Assembly: GCA_963754925.1 (NCBI GenBank)
Contig: CAVWHX010000004.1
Coordinates: forward strand, 704,001 to 768,000
DNA from: an uncultured delta proteobacterium
GTDB lineage: Bacteria; Myxococcota; B64-G9
Length of the DNA: 64,000 nucleotides
Reading direction: 5' to 3'
The notes under the pieces are model-generated. The model was given only the letters and a program-made list of their open reading frames with translations. It had not been told where the DNA came from and did not search any database. Positions 31,497 to 41,848 of this stretch are shown in pieces. Made by a program: the position numbers and the translations under genes. Numbering within the stretch: the first letter of the stretch is position 1; the number at the start of each line of letters is the position of its first letter.

Positions 31497-32459
31497 ATGC
31501 CCCAGAGAGGACTAACCCCGTCAGATGCGCCGTTGCTCTTTTCCGGCAATTCAAACCGGATGCTGGCCGAGGCGATTGCCAGCTACTTGCACATTCCTTT
31601 GGCCAAAGCGAAGGTGGCCTATTTCTCGGACGGCGAAACCATCGTTGAGATCGGTGAGAATGTTCGCGGACGAGAGACGTTTGTCATCCAATCGACAAGT
31701 TCCCCGACCAACCACCATTTGGTTGAGCTCCTGGTGATCATTGATGCTCTCAAGCGAGCATCCGCTTCACAAATTGTTGCAGTACTTCCCTACTACGGTT
31801 ACGCCCGACAAGATCGTAAGGTGGCTCCACGCACCCCGATTACCGCCAAGCTCGTGGCTGATCTGTTGACCGCCGCTGGCGCAACCCGGGTGCTATCACT
31901 CGACCTCCATGCAGGTCAAATCCAAGGTTTTTTCAACATTCCGTTCGACCATCTATATGCCTCGCCGGTTCTCTTGGATGACATCAAGAGTCGTTACCGG
32001 ACCACGCCGGTCATTGTCACTCCCGATGCCGGAGGAACCGAGCGCGCCCGGGCTTATTCCAAACGCCTGGGCTCGACACTGGCCATGATCGATAAGCGGC
32101 GCCCGAGCCCAAATGTCTCCGAGGTGGTGAATCTTGTCGGTGACGTTGAAGGCAAGGAAGCGTTGCTCATCGATGACATGATTGATACTGCGGGGACGCT
32201 CGCCCAAGCCGCCCGGGCGCTTATGGAGAACGGCGCGCGGCGGGTGGCTGCGTATGCCACGCATGCGGTGCTTTCGGGCCCGGCAATAGAGAGGATCGAT
32301 GCGTCCCCGTTGGAAGAAGTGGTGGTGACCGATACCATTGTGCTCAATGAACGAGCACGTCAATGCAAGAAGATAAAGGTATTGTCGGTAGCGCCGTTGC
32401 TGGGTGAAGCAATTCGGCGCATTCAGGGACGTGATTCGGTGACTTCGTTGTTTGTGTAG
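31497..32459 (+). CDS. prs: Ribose-phosphate pyrophosphokinase
   Basis: FSDGE, YGYARQDRK, DLHAGQIQGFF, DDMIDTAGT. Confidence 0.97.
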   Translation: MPQRGLTPSDAPLLFSGNSNRMLAEAIASYLHIPLAKAKVAYFSDGETIVEIGENVRGRETFVIQSTSSPTNHHLVELLVIIDALKRASASQIVAVLPYYGYARQDRKVAPRTPITAKLVADLLTAAGATRVLSLDLHAGQIQGFFNIPFDHLYASPVLLDDIKSRYRTTPVIVTPDAGGTERARAYSKRLGSTLAMIDKRRPSPNVSEVVNLVGDVEGKEALLIDDMIDTAGTLAQAARALMENGARRVAAYATHAVLSGPAIERIDASPLEEVVVTDTIVLNERARQCKKIKVLSVAPLLGEAIRRIQGRDSVTSLFV

Positions 32460-32486
32460 TCGCGAAGTCGATACTCTGGAGGAATT

Positions 32487-33236
32487 ATGGACATCCCGGT
32501 GTTGAACGTCGAATCAAGAAGCGAACGCGGCAAGGGTGCTGCCCGGCGTCTGCGTTTGAGAGGATTGATACCAGCCGTTTGCTATGGTGATCACAAGTCT
32601 AGTTGGTCCATGGCTATTAATCCTTTGGAGTTGGTGTCTATTCTCCGCGGCCCGCGAGGAATGAATGCGCTGATAAGGCTCCACGGCGCTGAGGAGCGCA
32701 CGGTATTTGTTCAGGAGTTCCAGCGCCACCCGGTGGAACGCACCATTCTCCATGTTGATTTCCTAACGGTTGATGAAAACAAGAGCATCCGGCGTCCGGT
32801 CCCCATTGAGTACGCCGGCAAGGCTCAGGGAGTCAAGGATGGCGGTGTTCTCCAGGTGGTTGAACGCGAGTTGCTGGTCGAGGCGATGCCAGCTAAGTTG
32901 CCCGAAAAAGTGACGGTCGATATCACACCGCTGTTGATTGCTCAGTCGCTGCATGTTCAAGATATCCAACTACCCGAGGGCACCAAGGCCATCTTCGATC
33001 GCAACTTCACTATCTGCACCATTGTCGCCCCCAGTGAAGAAAAGGTTGAGGTTCCAGTCGAAGTTGCGGCGGAAGTTGCCGAAGGCGAGGCCGCGGCACC
33101 GGCCGAGGGTGCCGAGGGCGCAGAAACTCCGGCCAAGGCGGCCGAAGGCGCCGAGAAGGCGCCGGCTGGCGCCAAGCCTGCTGCCACCAAGACTGGTGGT
33201 GCAGGCAAGAAAGACGAAAAGCCAACTAAGTCATAG
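32487..33236 (+). CDS. rplY: 50S ribosomal protein L25/Ctc
   Basis: GKGAARRLR, IPAVCYG, HVDF, GVKDGG; Ala/Glu/Lys-rich tail. Confidence 0.95.
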   Translation: MDIPVLNVESRSERGKGAARRLRLRGLIPAVCYGDHKSSWSMAINPLELVSILRGPRGMNALIRLHGAEERTVFVQEFQRHPVERTILHVDFLTVDENKSIRRPVPIEYAGKAQGVKDGGVLQVVERELLVEAMPAKLPEKVTVDITPLLIAQSLHVQDIQLPEGTKAIFDRNFTICTIVAPSEEKVEVPVEVAAEVAEGEAAAPAEGAEGAETPAKAAEGAEKAPAGAKPAATKTGGAGKKDEKPTKS

Positions 33237-33261
33237 GGGGATCATAAGGAGTTATAATGCC

Positions 33262-33501
33262 ATGGCCTATCCAACAAAGCGGAGTCATACGAGGACAAGG
33301 TATCTTGTAACTACTGCTGAACCGCCCTTCGAGAGAATGGCCCGATTCCCCGAAGAGCGAGTGAAACCACCTCGAAGGATTTGGCTGTCTCCCCAGGGAA
33401 CCGGTTTCTATGCCGGCGAACCGGACTCGGCACGTTTGGAAGAAACCGCAGAAGTTGTAACGGCGGTGGCATCAAGGGCCGCTGCCGTGAAAAAGCCGTA
33501 A
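33262..33501 (+). CDS. Possible small hypothetical protein (79 aa)
   Basis: AAGGAG upstream of ATG 33262; fills the rplY-pth gap and ends 9 nt before pth. Confidence 0.35.
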   Translation: MAYPTKRSHTRTRYLVTTAEPPFERMARFPEERVKPPRRIWLSPQGTGFYAGEPDSARLEETAEVVTAVASRAAAVKKP

Positions 33502-33510
33502 CTGGTTACT

Positions 33511-34080
33511 ATGCTCTTTCTCATTGTTGGTTTAGGCAACCCCGGTGCCCAGTACCGCCGTAGCCGACACAACATCGGCGTTATGGCGATCGAACGGCTG
33601 GCCGAGCGCAATGGTATCGCGTTAAACCGTCAGCAGTTCTTTGGCAGAGCCGGCGGCGGCGTTATTGTCGGTCGTCGCATACTGTTGCTGATGCCGCAAA
33701 CGTACATGAATCTCAGCGGTCAGTCAGTGCAGGCGGCGTATCAGTTCCATAAGCTTTCGCCCGAGACCATGGTAGTATTGCACGACGATGTCGATTTGGA
33801 GCTGGGTCGGATGCAGGTCCGCCAGGGCGGCGGCCACGGCGGACACAAGGGCGTTGGGTCTATTGTGCAGCTACTCGGAGAGGCTGATTTCTTACGAGTG
33901 CGCCTGGGAATCGGACGGCCTCCGCACCAGGATGATACCAGCGACCATGTCCTGGGCACGTTTCGGCCGGAAGAGGAAGCAACCGTAGGCCGCCTCATCG
34001 AGCGAGCCACCAGTGCCGTTGAGGTAGTTTTAGAAGCCGGACTTAACCAGGCCATGAACCAGTTCAATACGTGGCCGTAG
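33511..34080 (+). CDS. pth: Peptidyl-tRNA hydrolase
   Basis: GLGNPG, RHNIG, TYMNLSG, HDDVDL, GGHKG, RLGIGRP. Confidence 0.96.
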   Translation: MLFLIVGLGNPGAQYRRSRHNIGVMAIERLAERNGIALNRQQFFGRAGGGVIVGRRILLLMPQTYMNLSGQSVQAAYQFHKLSPETMVVLHDDVDLELGRMQVRQGGGHGGHKGVGSIVQLLGEADFLRVRLGIGRPPHQDDTSDHVLGTFRPEEEATVGRLIERATSAVEVVLEAGLNQAMNQFNTWP

Positions 34081-34152
34081 GAGAATGAAAAGTAATTAGT
34101 AAGCTGCACCGTTGCTAAGGGAAGGCCCCGCAGCTAACCCCGGGCAACCAAA

Positions 34153-34204
34153 CCTACTCCTTGCTCCCGTCACCTAACGGGGGCTGCTAACCCAGAAGGA
34201 GGCT
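34153..34204 (+). promoter_or_regulatory. S6:S18 ribosomal protein leader (autoregulatory RNA element)
   Basis: CTCCTTGC can pair with the AAGGAG Shine-Dalgarno; inner stem GCTCCCGT/ACGGGGGC; immediately upstream of rpsF-rpsR. Confidence 0.6.
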
Positions 34205-34207
34205 TAC

Positions 34208-34729
34208 ATGCTCATGCGGGAGTACGAAACCCTCTATATTGTGCGACCCGACCTGGCCGACGAAAACCTCGCCCAGCTCAACGAGCGGTTGACCGGTGTC
34301 CTTGCTCGTGAAGGCGCCAAGATCTTACGATTGGATGTCTGGGGCAAGAAAAAGCTTGCGTTTGAGGTCAAGAAAAACCCTAAAGGGATCTATTTCCACC
34401 TCAAGTATCTCAGCCCCCCCCACGTCGTCGCGGAGTTTGAGCGCAACCTGCGCATGATCGAACCGGTGATTCGCTACCAGACCATTAAAGTCGCCGAAAA
34501 CGTTGACGTCGATGGGCGAATCCTTGAGCAGCAGGCCGAGGACAAGGCCCGCGCAGCGAACGAGGAAAAGCGTCATAAGGAGGCCGATAATCAATCGGCC
34601 CATCGAGCCAATGCTGACAATGGCCAGCCCGAAAACTGGGATGCCCGGCCGGTTGATGCAACGAACGATGAAGAGGGCACCGCGGACGTGGCGGCGGAAG
34701 ATGCCGAGGATTGGGAGGATGAACAATGA
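34208..34729 (+). CDS. rpsF: 30S ribosomal protein S6
   Basis: [24 protein letters not shown]; long acidic C-terminal tail. Confidence 0.95.
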   Translation: MLMREYETLYIVRPDLADENLAQLNERLTGVLAREGAKILRLDVWGKKKLAFEVKKNPKGIYFHLKYLSPPHVVAEFERNLRMIEPVIRYQTIKVAENVDVDGRILEQQAEDKARAANEEKRHKEADNQSAHRANADNGQPENWDARPVDATNDEEGTADVAAEDAEDWEDEQ

Positions 34730-34971
34730 ACAATACCAAGAAACGCCGGCGCCCGCTGGTCCGCAAAAAGATCTGTCGGTTTTGCGTCGATAAAAACAGC
34801 ACCGTGGACTACCGCGATCCGAACACCTTGCGGTTGTTCGTGACCGAGCGCGGGAAAATTATTCCCCGCCGTATATCGGGCAATTGTGCCACCCACCAGC
34901 GCAAGATTTCCAAAGCCATCAAGCAGGCGCGGCAAATTGCGCTGATGCCGTACACCAATACCACGGTGTAG
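34726..34971 (+). CDS. rpsR: 30S ribosomal protein S18
   Basis: [26 protein letters not shown]. Confidence 0.96.
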   Translation: MNNTKKRRRPLVRKKICRFCVDKNSTVDYRDPNTLRLFVTERGKIIPRRISGNCATHQRKISKAIKQARQIALMPYTNTTV

Positions 34972-34990
34972 TGGGCGTGCGGAGAGAACC

Positions 34991-35434
34991 ATGCAAGTGA
35001 TCCTTCGCGAATCGATACCGGAGCTCGGCAACGTTGGCGATGTGGTAACCGTCGCCGACGGCTATGCCCGCAACTATCTTCTTCCCAAACGCCTCGCGCT
35101 CAGGGCCAATCCCAAGAATGCCCAGGAGCTCGATCACCAGAAGCGCCTTATCGAACGTCACAAGCTCAAGGTGCGGGGGGACGCGGCGACGTTGGCCCAA
35201 AAACTGGAAAGCGTTTCTCTGACCATTCCCATGTTGGTAGGAGAGCAAGACAAGCTTTTCGGCTCGGTGACCGCACGCGATCTTGAGACCGCATTAGCCC
35301 AGGAGGGCATCACGATATCGCGCAAGCATTTTGTGTTGGGCGAGCCAATCAAGAGCTTGGGTGTCTACACCATAGACGTGCGTCTCCATCCAGAAGTGGT
35401 GGGCAAGCTCAAGGTTTGGGTTGTAGCCAAGTAA
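34991..35434 (+). CDS. rplI: 50S ribosomal protein L9
   Basis: MQVIL, LG..GDVV.V..GYARNYLLP, KLFGSVT. Confidence 0.96.
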   Translation: MQVILRESIPELGNVGDVVTVADGYARNYLLPKRLALRANPKNAQELDHQKRLIERHKLKVRGDAATLAQKLESVSLTIPMLVGEQDKLFGSVTARDLETALAQEGITISRKHFVLGEPIKSLGVYTIDVRLHPEVVGKLKVWVVAK

Positions 35435-36823
35435 ATGGAGCGCACCATGAACGCCGAATCGCCGGCGCGTTTGCCGCCCCAAAACCTTGAGGCCGAACGG
35501 TCGGTGTTGGGCTCAATCCTTCTGGACAATGACGCGTTCGAGCAGATTACCGATCAGATCCAGGAAGAAGACTTTTACCGCGAGGCACATCGCAAGATTT
35601 TCGCCGCCATGCGTGCAATGGCCGAAAAAGGCGAGGCCATCGACTATCTGACGCTCGGCGAGCACCTCAAAACACACGGTCAGTTAGAGGAGGTCGGGGG
35701 GCCCGCTGCCATTACGTCTCTGACCGACGAAGTGCCGAGCGCCGCCAACGTTCAACACTATGCTCGCATCGTCGCCGATAAGGCCCTGGCGCGGCGCTTG
35801 ATTCACGCCTCGAGCGAGATTTTACGGGCCGGCTTTGAGGAAAGTGAAAAACTCGACGAGTATATCGACCGGGCCGAGCAGCTTATCTTTTCCGTCTCAC
35901 AAAAACGATCCGCACTCGGAGTAGTGCCGCTCAAGGAACTGATTAAGGATAGCTTCGTTACCATCGAGAAACTCTTCGAACGCAAGGAGATCTATACCGG
36001 CGTGCCCTCGGGATTTCGAGATCTCGATGATAAAACAGCTGGCTTCCAGCCTTCCGATCTTATTATTTTGGCGTCGCGCCCCGCGATGGGCAAGACCAGC
36101 CTGGCGCTTAATTTCGCACAACATGCTGCCCAAAAGGCGCGCGTGCCAACACTGGTGTTCTCCTTGGAGATGAGCAAGGAGTCGCTCGCCATGCGGCTTC
36201 TATGCTCGGAGGCGCGGGTGGACTACCACGCCCTGCGCCAAGGCCGCCTGTCGGAGTCGGATTGGGCCCGCCTCGCCCGGGCGGCCGGATTGCTCAGTGA
36301 CGCCCCGTTGTATATCGACGACTCGCCGGGCATCCGGGTGATGGAAATGCGCGCCAAGGCACGGAGGCTGCAGGTAGATTTATCCAGGCAAGTTGACGAT
36401 AAGGGCCAACCGCTTAAGCTCGGGATGATTGTGGTGGATTACCTGCAGCTTATCCAGGCGCCGCGCTCTTCCGACAGCCGCGAACGAGAGATTTCGGAGG
36501 TCTCCCGAAGCCTCAAGGGTCTGGCTAAGGAGATAGGCGTGCCGGTTGTTGCACTATCGCAGTTATCCCGTAAGCCCGAGTCGCGCGAGTCTAAGAAACC
36601 GCAGCTTTCCGACCTACGCGAGTCGGGCGCCATCGAGCAGGACGCCGACGTGATTCTGTTTATTTATCGAGATGAGGTCTACAACGAAGATACCAACAAA
36701 AAGGGCATCGCTGAAATCATCATCGGCAAACACCGCAACGGTCCCACTGGTTCTCTGGAGCTGAAGTTCTTCTCGCAGTTTACCCGCTTCGAGAGTCTCT
36801 CCCGGGAGCGCAGCGAACCGTAG
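35435..36823 (+). CDS. dnaB: Replicative DNA helicase
   Basis: PPQNLEAE, ASRPAMGKT, SLEM, DYLQL, SDLRESGAIEQDAD, KHRNGP. Confidence 0.97.
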   Translation: MERTMNAESPARLPPQNLEAERSVLGSILLDNDAFEQITDQIQEEDFYREAHRKIFAAMRAMAEKGEAIDYLTLGEHLKTHGQLEEVGGPAAITSLTDEVPSAANVQHYARIVADKALARRLIHASSEILRAGFEESEKLDEYIDRAEQLIFSVSQKRSALGVVPLKELIKDSFVTIEKLFERKEIYTGVPSGFRDLDDKTAGFQPSDLIILASRPAMGKTSLALNFAQHAAQKARVPTLVFSLEMSKESLAMRLLCSEARVDYHALRQGRLSESDWARLARAAGLLSDAPLYIDDSPGIRVMEMRAKARRLQVDLSRQVDDKGQPLKLGMIVVDYLQLIQAPRSSDSREREISEVSRSLKGLAKEIGVPVVALSQLSRKPESRESKKPQLSDLRESGAIEQDADVILFIYRDEVYNEDTNKKGIAEIIIGKHRNGPTGSLELKFFSQFTRFESLSRERSEP

Positions 36824-36924
36824 GAAGCAGATTCGGAATTGTACTGTTGCCAACTCGGATATGATTGTTGGTAATGCCGATAGAGAAAGGCCACGCGATG
36901 CGTAGCTTTTCTACGAATGAGTAG

Positions 36925-38430
36925 TTACTTCTGGATTGACACAAACAACTGGGCTTGGCCGCGCTGGACCAGCAACAGCACTTTATTACTCTTACTGATG
37001 GCCAAGGACTTCTGAAAGTCCCTGAGGCTGCCAACCGGTTTTCGATTGATCTCCAGAATCACATCGCCCGGCTGAAGTATGCCAGCGGTTGGACTGGCCT
37101 CGTCCACCTGATTGACCAACAAGCCACGCGTGGCCTCATCGAGACCAAGCCGGCGCGCTCGCTCCGGCGTCAGCGGCGTCAGCCGCAGCCCCAGATCACT
37201 CTGGACCTCGTTGGACGAGGGCGCCTCGCCCAGCGCCATGGCTTCGCCGGCCTCGCGCTCACGCAACGTCACGGTGAAGGTAAGCGGTTTATTATCGCGC
37301 AGCACCTGCAGCGTAATCTTAGAGTTCGGCAGATAGGTACCTATCCGACGGGTCAAGGTGCGGGCGTCTTCCACTCCCTTGCCGTCAACCGACACCACAA
37401 TGTCACCGGTCTTGAGGCCGGCCTGCTCAGCCGGACTGCCGGCAAATACCTGCGCGATAAGCACCCCTTTTTGCTCGGGGACATTGAAGTTCTCGGCCAG
37501 CTCTTGTGACAGATCCTGGATGCCTATCCCCAACCAGCCGCGACTGACCTTCCCCTTCTGTTGAAGCTGGGGCAGCATTTCCTTGGCCATGTTGACCGGA
37601 ACAGCGAAGCCCACGCTATTGCCGCCTTGGATGATAGCGGTGTTGATCGCGACCACATTGCCGGCCGTGTCAAACAGCGGACCGCCCGAGTTCCCCGGAT
37701 TGATCGAAGCGTCGGTCTGAATGAAATCATCATAGACGCCATGTCCGATCTCACGATCCTTGCCGCTGACAATACCCGCGCTCACACTATGACCCAGTCC
37801 AAAGGGATTGCCAATCGCGATCACCCAATCACCCACTTCAAGCTTGTCCGAGTCTCCTAAATAAACGAACGGGAGACTTCCCTTGGCATTTATTTTCAGA
37901 AGCGCGATATCCGTGCGCTCATCGGCGCCGATGACTTTGGCATCGAAGCTACGGCCATCAACCAGTTTAATTTTTATTTCGGATGCATTGGCCACCACAT
38001 GGTTATTGGTGATCAAGTAGCCGTCCGGGCTGATGACGAAGCCCGATCCCAACGCCCGGGTTTTCATCTCGCCCGAAGGCCCCCCAAAGAAAAAGCGCCC
38101 GAACGGATCGTCCATGCCGCCAAACCACTGAAACGGATCAACCTGGTTTTGGCCGCGGACTCGAGAGCGCGCCTTGATCACCTGGGTGGTATAGATATTA
38201 ACTACCGCCGGTTTGAGTTGTTTGACCAAGCCGGCAAGTGATGGTAATGGCGTGTATCCCCCCAAGAGAATAGGATCGTTGGGTTTACTGCGTTCCTGCC
38301 ATATGGATCTGGCCTCCCCAGCACCGCTTGCCGACCAGGGGAGTGCGACAAAGACTACTAAAATACCTACTAAGGAGATCGTACCGAGCCATACCCAGCG
38401 ATGGTGAAAAACATCCTTCATACCTTGCAT
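36925..38430 (-). CDS. Do/DegP/HtrA family serine protease with two PDZ domains
   Basis: LGSGF, TNNHV, DIALL, INPGNSGGPL, GWLGI (PDZ). Confidence 0.95.
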   Translation of the reverse strand: MQGMKDVFHHRWVWLGTISLVGILVVFVALPWSASGAGEARSIWQERSKPNDPILLGGYTPLPSLAGLVKQLKPAVVNIYTTQVIKARSRVRGQNQVDPFQWFGGMDDPFGRFFFGGPSGEMKTRALGSGFVISPDGYLITNNHVVANASEIKIKLVDGRSFDAKVIGADERTDIALLKINAKGSLPFVYLGDSDKLEVGDWVIAIGNPFGLGHSVSAGIVSGKDREIGHGVYDDFIQTDASINPGNSGGPLFDTAGNVVAINTAIIQGGNSVGFAVPVNMAKEMLPQLQQKGKVSRGWLGIGIQDLSQELAENFNVPEQKGVLIAQVFAGSPAEQAGLKTGDIVVSVDGKGVEDARTLTRRIGTYLPNSKITLQVLRDNKPLTFTVTLREREAGEAMALGEAPSSNEVQSDLGLRLTPLTPERARRLGLDEATRGLLVNQVDEASPTAGILQPGDVILEINRKPVGSLRDFQKSLAISKSNKVLLLVQRGQAQLFVSIQK

Positions 38431-38603
38431 GTAATCCTCCGCAATCAGTAGTCAAATTATGCTTCAAGCCTACCCGAACACGTCATTCCTCGGGCCTAGC
38501 GTTCTTATCGGCACTTGTTATTAACACCGCTCCAACAGTTTTCATTCCCTGGCAAGAAGCTCGATAGCGGGTCGCCTGCTATCCGCAAGTCTCTGTGTTG
38601 CCC

Positions 38604-38858
38604 CTATTTTATTCCCAACTTACGCATACGCAACCGAAGGGTATTTCGATGAATTCCGAGAATCCGGGCAGCCTCCTGACGAAATCCTCGGCCGCGCTTG
38701 AGGGCCTCCTCGATCAATACCCGCTCGACTTCTTCAAGCACCCGCGTGTAGAGGTCAGGCAAGTGGTGCGAACCAATCTGATCCAGCAATGAGCGCAGCC
38801 GTCGACGGACTACATCGGCTAACGGCAGATCTTCAATGCGTTGGTCGTTCCCACTCAC
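38604..38858 (-). CDS. Fis-family HTH protein
   Basis: LYTRVLEEVERVLI..AARILGIHRNTLR. Confidence 0.85.
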   Translation of the reverse strand: MSGNDQRIEDLPLADVVRRRLRSLLDQIGSHHLPDLYTRVLEEVERVLIEEALKRGRGFRQEAARILGIHRNTLRLRMRKLGIK

Positions 38859-39051
38859 GCGTATTCTTCCCTACCCCTTTTGTGCAACGACCCCAAACAT
38901 TCAACGAAATACCAATGCACAGCGAAGATAGTTCTCTTTTCAAAAAAAGCAATAGATTTTGGAACATGGATCCTCCTTTGACAGATCTCGCTGCCTTTGT
39001 TAGAATGCATGCCGTCAGCCTGAGTGTCGAGCTCCATTCACAGGCAAAGAG

Positions 39052-40005
39052 ATGATGACGGCCCTCAAGGATGGGCAATCCCTATCAGATACCGAGATCG
39101 CAGGGTATCTTATGTTCCTGCGTTCTAATCCCCATTCACGGGTATTTGCGCCTCTTGCCGAGTTTCTCATGCAGAGCGACAGGCTCGCCGAGGCCGAGCA
39201 CATCTGCCGCAACGGGTTAGCGTCCAATCCTGACTTTGCTTCGGGGCACTTGGCTTACGCACGGGTACTGTTTCGTCTGCTTCGCTATCCTGAGGCGCTT
39301 GAAGAGGTTAAGCAAACGCTCAGGCTCAATCGAAGTAACGTTGATGCGTATCTGATCGCGGCCGAGATTTACCTGATCCATAACCGGCACCACGCAGCTC
39401 AACAGGCCTGCGTGAGAGCTCTCGAGATCGATCCCCGCAAGGCCGAAGCCGAGCAGCTCCTGAGTCGAATACATCAAGCAACCCCACCTCCGGATCCGCT
39501 ACCCGCCAGAGACCCAGCCGCCAATCATTCTATGACCATAACTGATTCTCGACCGAGTCAGGGGTTGCGATTGAAACAACCGGTGCCTGCCGAAAAACCG
39601 CTGAGAGAGATCATCGCCGAAGTAGGACAGCTGGCGGAGCTGGTCCTCGACCAGCGTCAACAACCATTCTCAGCCGAGTCAAGCGGCAGTCAACCACGAT
39701 CAGAGGTGTCAGACCCCCCGCCGATGGCTCAATCGACCCTGCCGACCGTCGATTTAGCCCAGGCCGTCATCGATTCCTATGCCGATCGGGTGTTGCCTGG
39801 GGTTACCGACCTCTCTCCACCTCGCCTGCCGCGCACCGACCGATGGATCAATCTGCTGTGGCTGATCGTGATCTTCGGCATTCTCGGTTTTCTGGCCGTA
39901 TTATTTTTTCATTTTGGAAGCAATCGAAATAATCCGACCCTACCTGATATGGTCGGTAGGACCCCCAACGTCCAAACGAGCAATAATTCGCTGCAAGGAA
40001 AATAG
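39052..40005 (+). CDS. Tetratricopeptide repeat protein with C-terminal membrane anchor
   Basis: NPHSRVFAPLAE...GL..NPDF, N-terminal TPR repeats, Pro-rich linker, one TM segment. Confidence 0.8.
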   Translation: MMTALKDGQSLSDTEIAGYLMFLRSNPHSRVFAPLAEFLMQSDRLAEAEHICRNGLASNPDFASGHLAYARVLFRLLRYPEALEEVKQTLRLNRSNVDAYLIAAEIYLIHNRHHAAQQACVRALEIDPRKAEAEQLLSRIHQATPPPDPLPARDPAANHSMTITDSRPSQGLRLKQPVPAEKPLREIIAEVGQLAELVLDQRQQPFSAESSGSQPRSEVSDPPPMAQSTLPTVDLAQAVIDSYADRVLPGVTDLSPPRLPRTDRWINLLWLIVIFGILGFLAVLFFHFGSNRNNPTLPDMVGRTPNVQTSNNSLQGK

Positions 40006-40035
40006 AACCCCGCCAGGGAACGCGCCTCTATCGGC

Positions 40036-41701
40036 TCAGAGCCCAGTGCTTCGCAGCAGAACACTTATATCTTCTATTTGATAATGCTGTTTAAGAAACT
40101 CGGCAACTTCAGGGGATGAGGCGTCGCGGGTCGAAAACAAATAGAGCATGTATTTCTCAGTTGCCTCGGGCAACGCATTCTTACTCGCCTGCCGGGCCCC
40201 CGCGATAAGCTCTTCCTGGAAGCGCCCACAATGATCTTCTATCCGCTTGAAAATAGCGGTCGCGGCAGCGGCCATAGCTTCCTGGGTAAGTTCCGCATCC
40301 GTCTTTGGAAACTGAAGCGGATCGGCCACAATGGCATATTTGGCATTGGCCGGATTGGTCTTGTCGCTAACCGAGGCCGAGCCTGCGGCGGCTTCCTTAA
40401 AGATTTCTCCTTTTCCCATCCTCGTCGCCACCACGTTTAACTTTCACGGTGGCGGTGCGGGTGACCGTGGTTATCTGATAGGTATGCGTATCGAATACCG
40501 GCTCGTCCAGCTTACGGGGGGTGCGCGTCAGCTCATCCCGCAACTGCAATTCCTGATCCTTCGCGCGAATGAGCTCGGCCCGACGATCGGCAAGATGTTC
40601 TTGGGCTTCGCTGAAACGGTCGCGGAGCGCGGCATCGTCTTCATCGGGGCCAGCGTCGGCAAAAGCTTGGCGTATCTGCTCAACATCCTGCTCGTCCTTT
40701 TTGAGCAGCGCGTTCAACTCGGTGGCGCGCTCGCGTCCCTGCTTGATCGCAGTTTTGATCTCCTGGTGCTTAGGGTTGTCGACCTTGCGAACACCGGATT
40801 GGTACTTTTGCTGCGCCGGGCTATTAACGCTTTTGAGGGAAATACTGACCGCCTGGAGCGCAACGTTCAACGTCAGCCTACTGTTTTCTCCATCGATCCA
40901 AGTGAAAATTGGGCATTTCTCGGCCTTCTGACCCCGCAGGAGTACCATCACCTGATCCGTACCCACCCTGAGCGGACCGGCAACCCGGTTCGGCGCCAGG
41001 CGCACCGCGTAATCCGCAGACTGAATCAGCTTCTCGCGGCAGGCGTTCTCGTGCGCCAACGAGTCTTGATACGCGCCGCGCATCAAGCGCAGTTTGACGA
41101 GCGCAATGAGGGCATTGCCGTACAGCCCACGTTGCTCGTCGTGCTTGGCGGTTTCGAGGAGTTTTTCCGCCCATGCCGACTCAGCTTCGGTCAGCGCTTG
41201 CTGAGCGGTGGGGTCCCCAGGTACCTCACTGAGAACCGCCTTGATTTTTGAAATCCCGTTTTCGAATTCACCTTTTTGAACTACCTGCCGGGCTTCTGAC
41301 ACAACCCCCAGAACCGCCTGTTTAAGATTCTGGCGAAAAACGTCCTGGGTGGCGTCGAGTTCTATCGCTCTTTTAAAGGCATTGATTGCCAAAGGATAAT
41401 CCTTTGACTCCAACGCGAGCCGACCGCCTTCATTGGCGTTTTGCGCCATGAGCTTTTTGGTTTGGTTGATGCGTTGCGTGGCTTCGGGATCGTTGGGTTT
41501 TTCCTTGGCCGCGAGCTGGTATTCGTTCAGCGCTTCCTCATGCAAACCTATTTTGGCTAATTGATCCCCGCGAACGATATGGGCAGATGCTCCCCCGCAA
41601 CCCGCAACAACCCAAACCAAACTGAGCATGACCAGCCAGATATACCATCCAGAAAAGGGCTGCAGTGTTCTAACGCATACTAACGATGGGTATGGTTTCA
41701 T
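40036..41701 (-). pseudogene. TPR/coiled-coil lipoprotein split by an apparent 1-nt insertion near 40437 (ORFs 40397-41701 and 40036-40434)
   Basis: Lipobox VAGC and TPRs. Removing one A from GTTAAACGTG joins the two ORFs (..TVKVNVVATRMGKG..) into one 554-aa protein. Confidence 0.75.
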
Positions 41702-41848
41702 AGGTAGAATGTAGCGGCGTCAGCGGCATGATGTCAACCGGTAGTATTCATTCAGTGAGGAATCTTGTTAATTCAATGGTCGTCAGTTGTCTGGGAATTG
41801 GTCGTCGAGAGTTGGGCGCAGAATCTTAAAACCTGCTGAAGACTGGCG

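Noticed and set aside
40331..41251. 306-aa plus-strand ORF
   Set aside because: Antisense shadow of the TPR lipoprotein gene.
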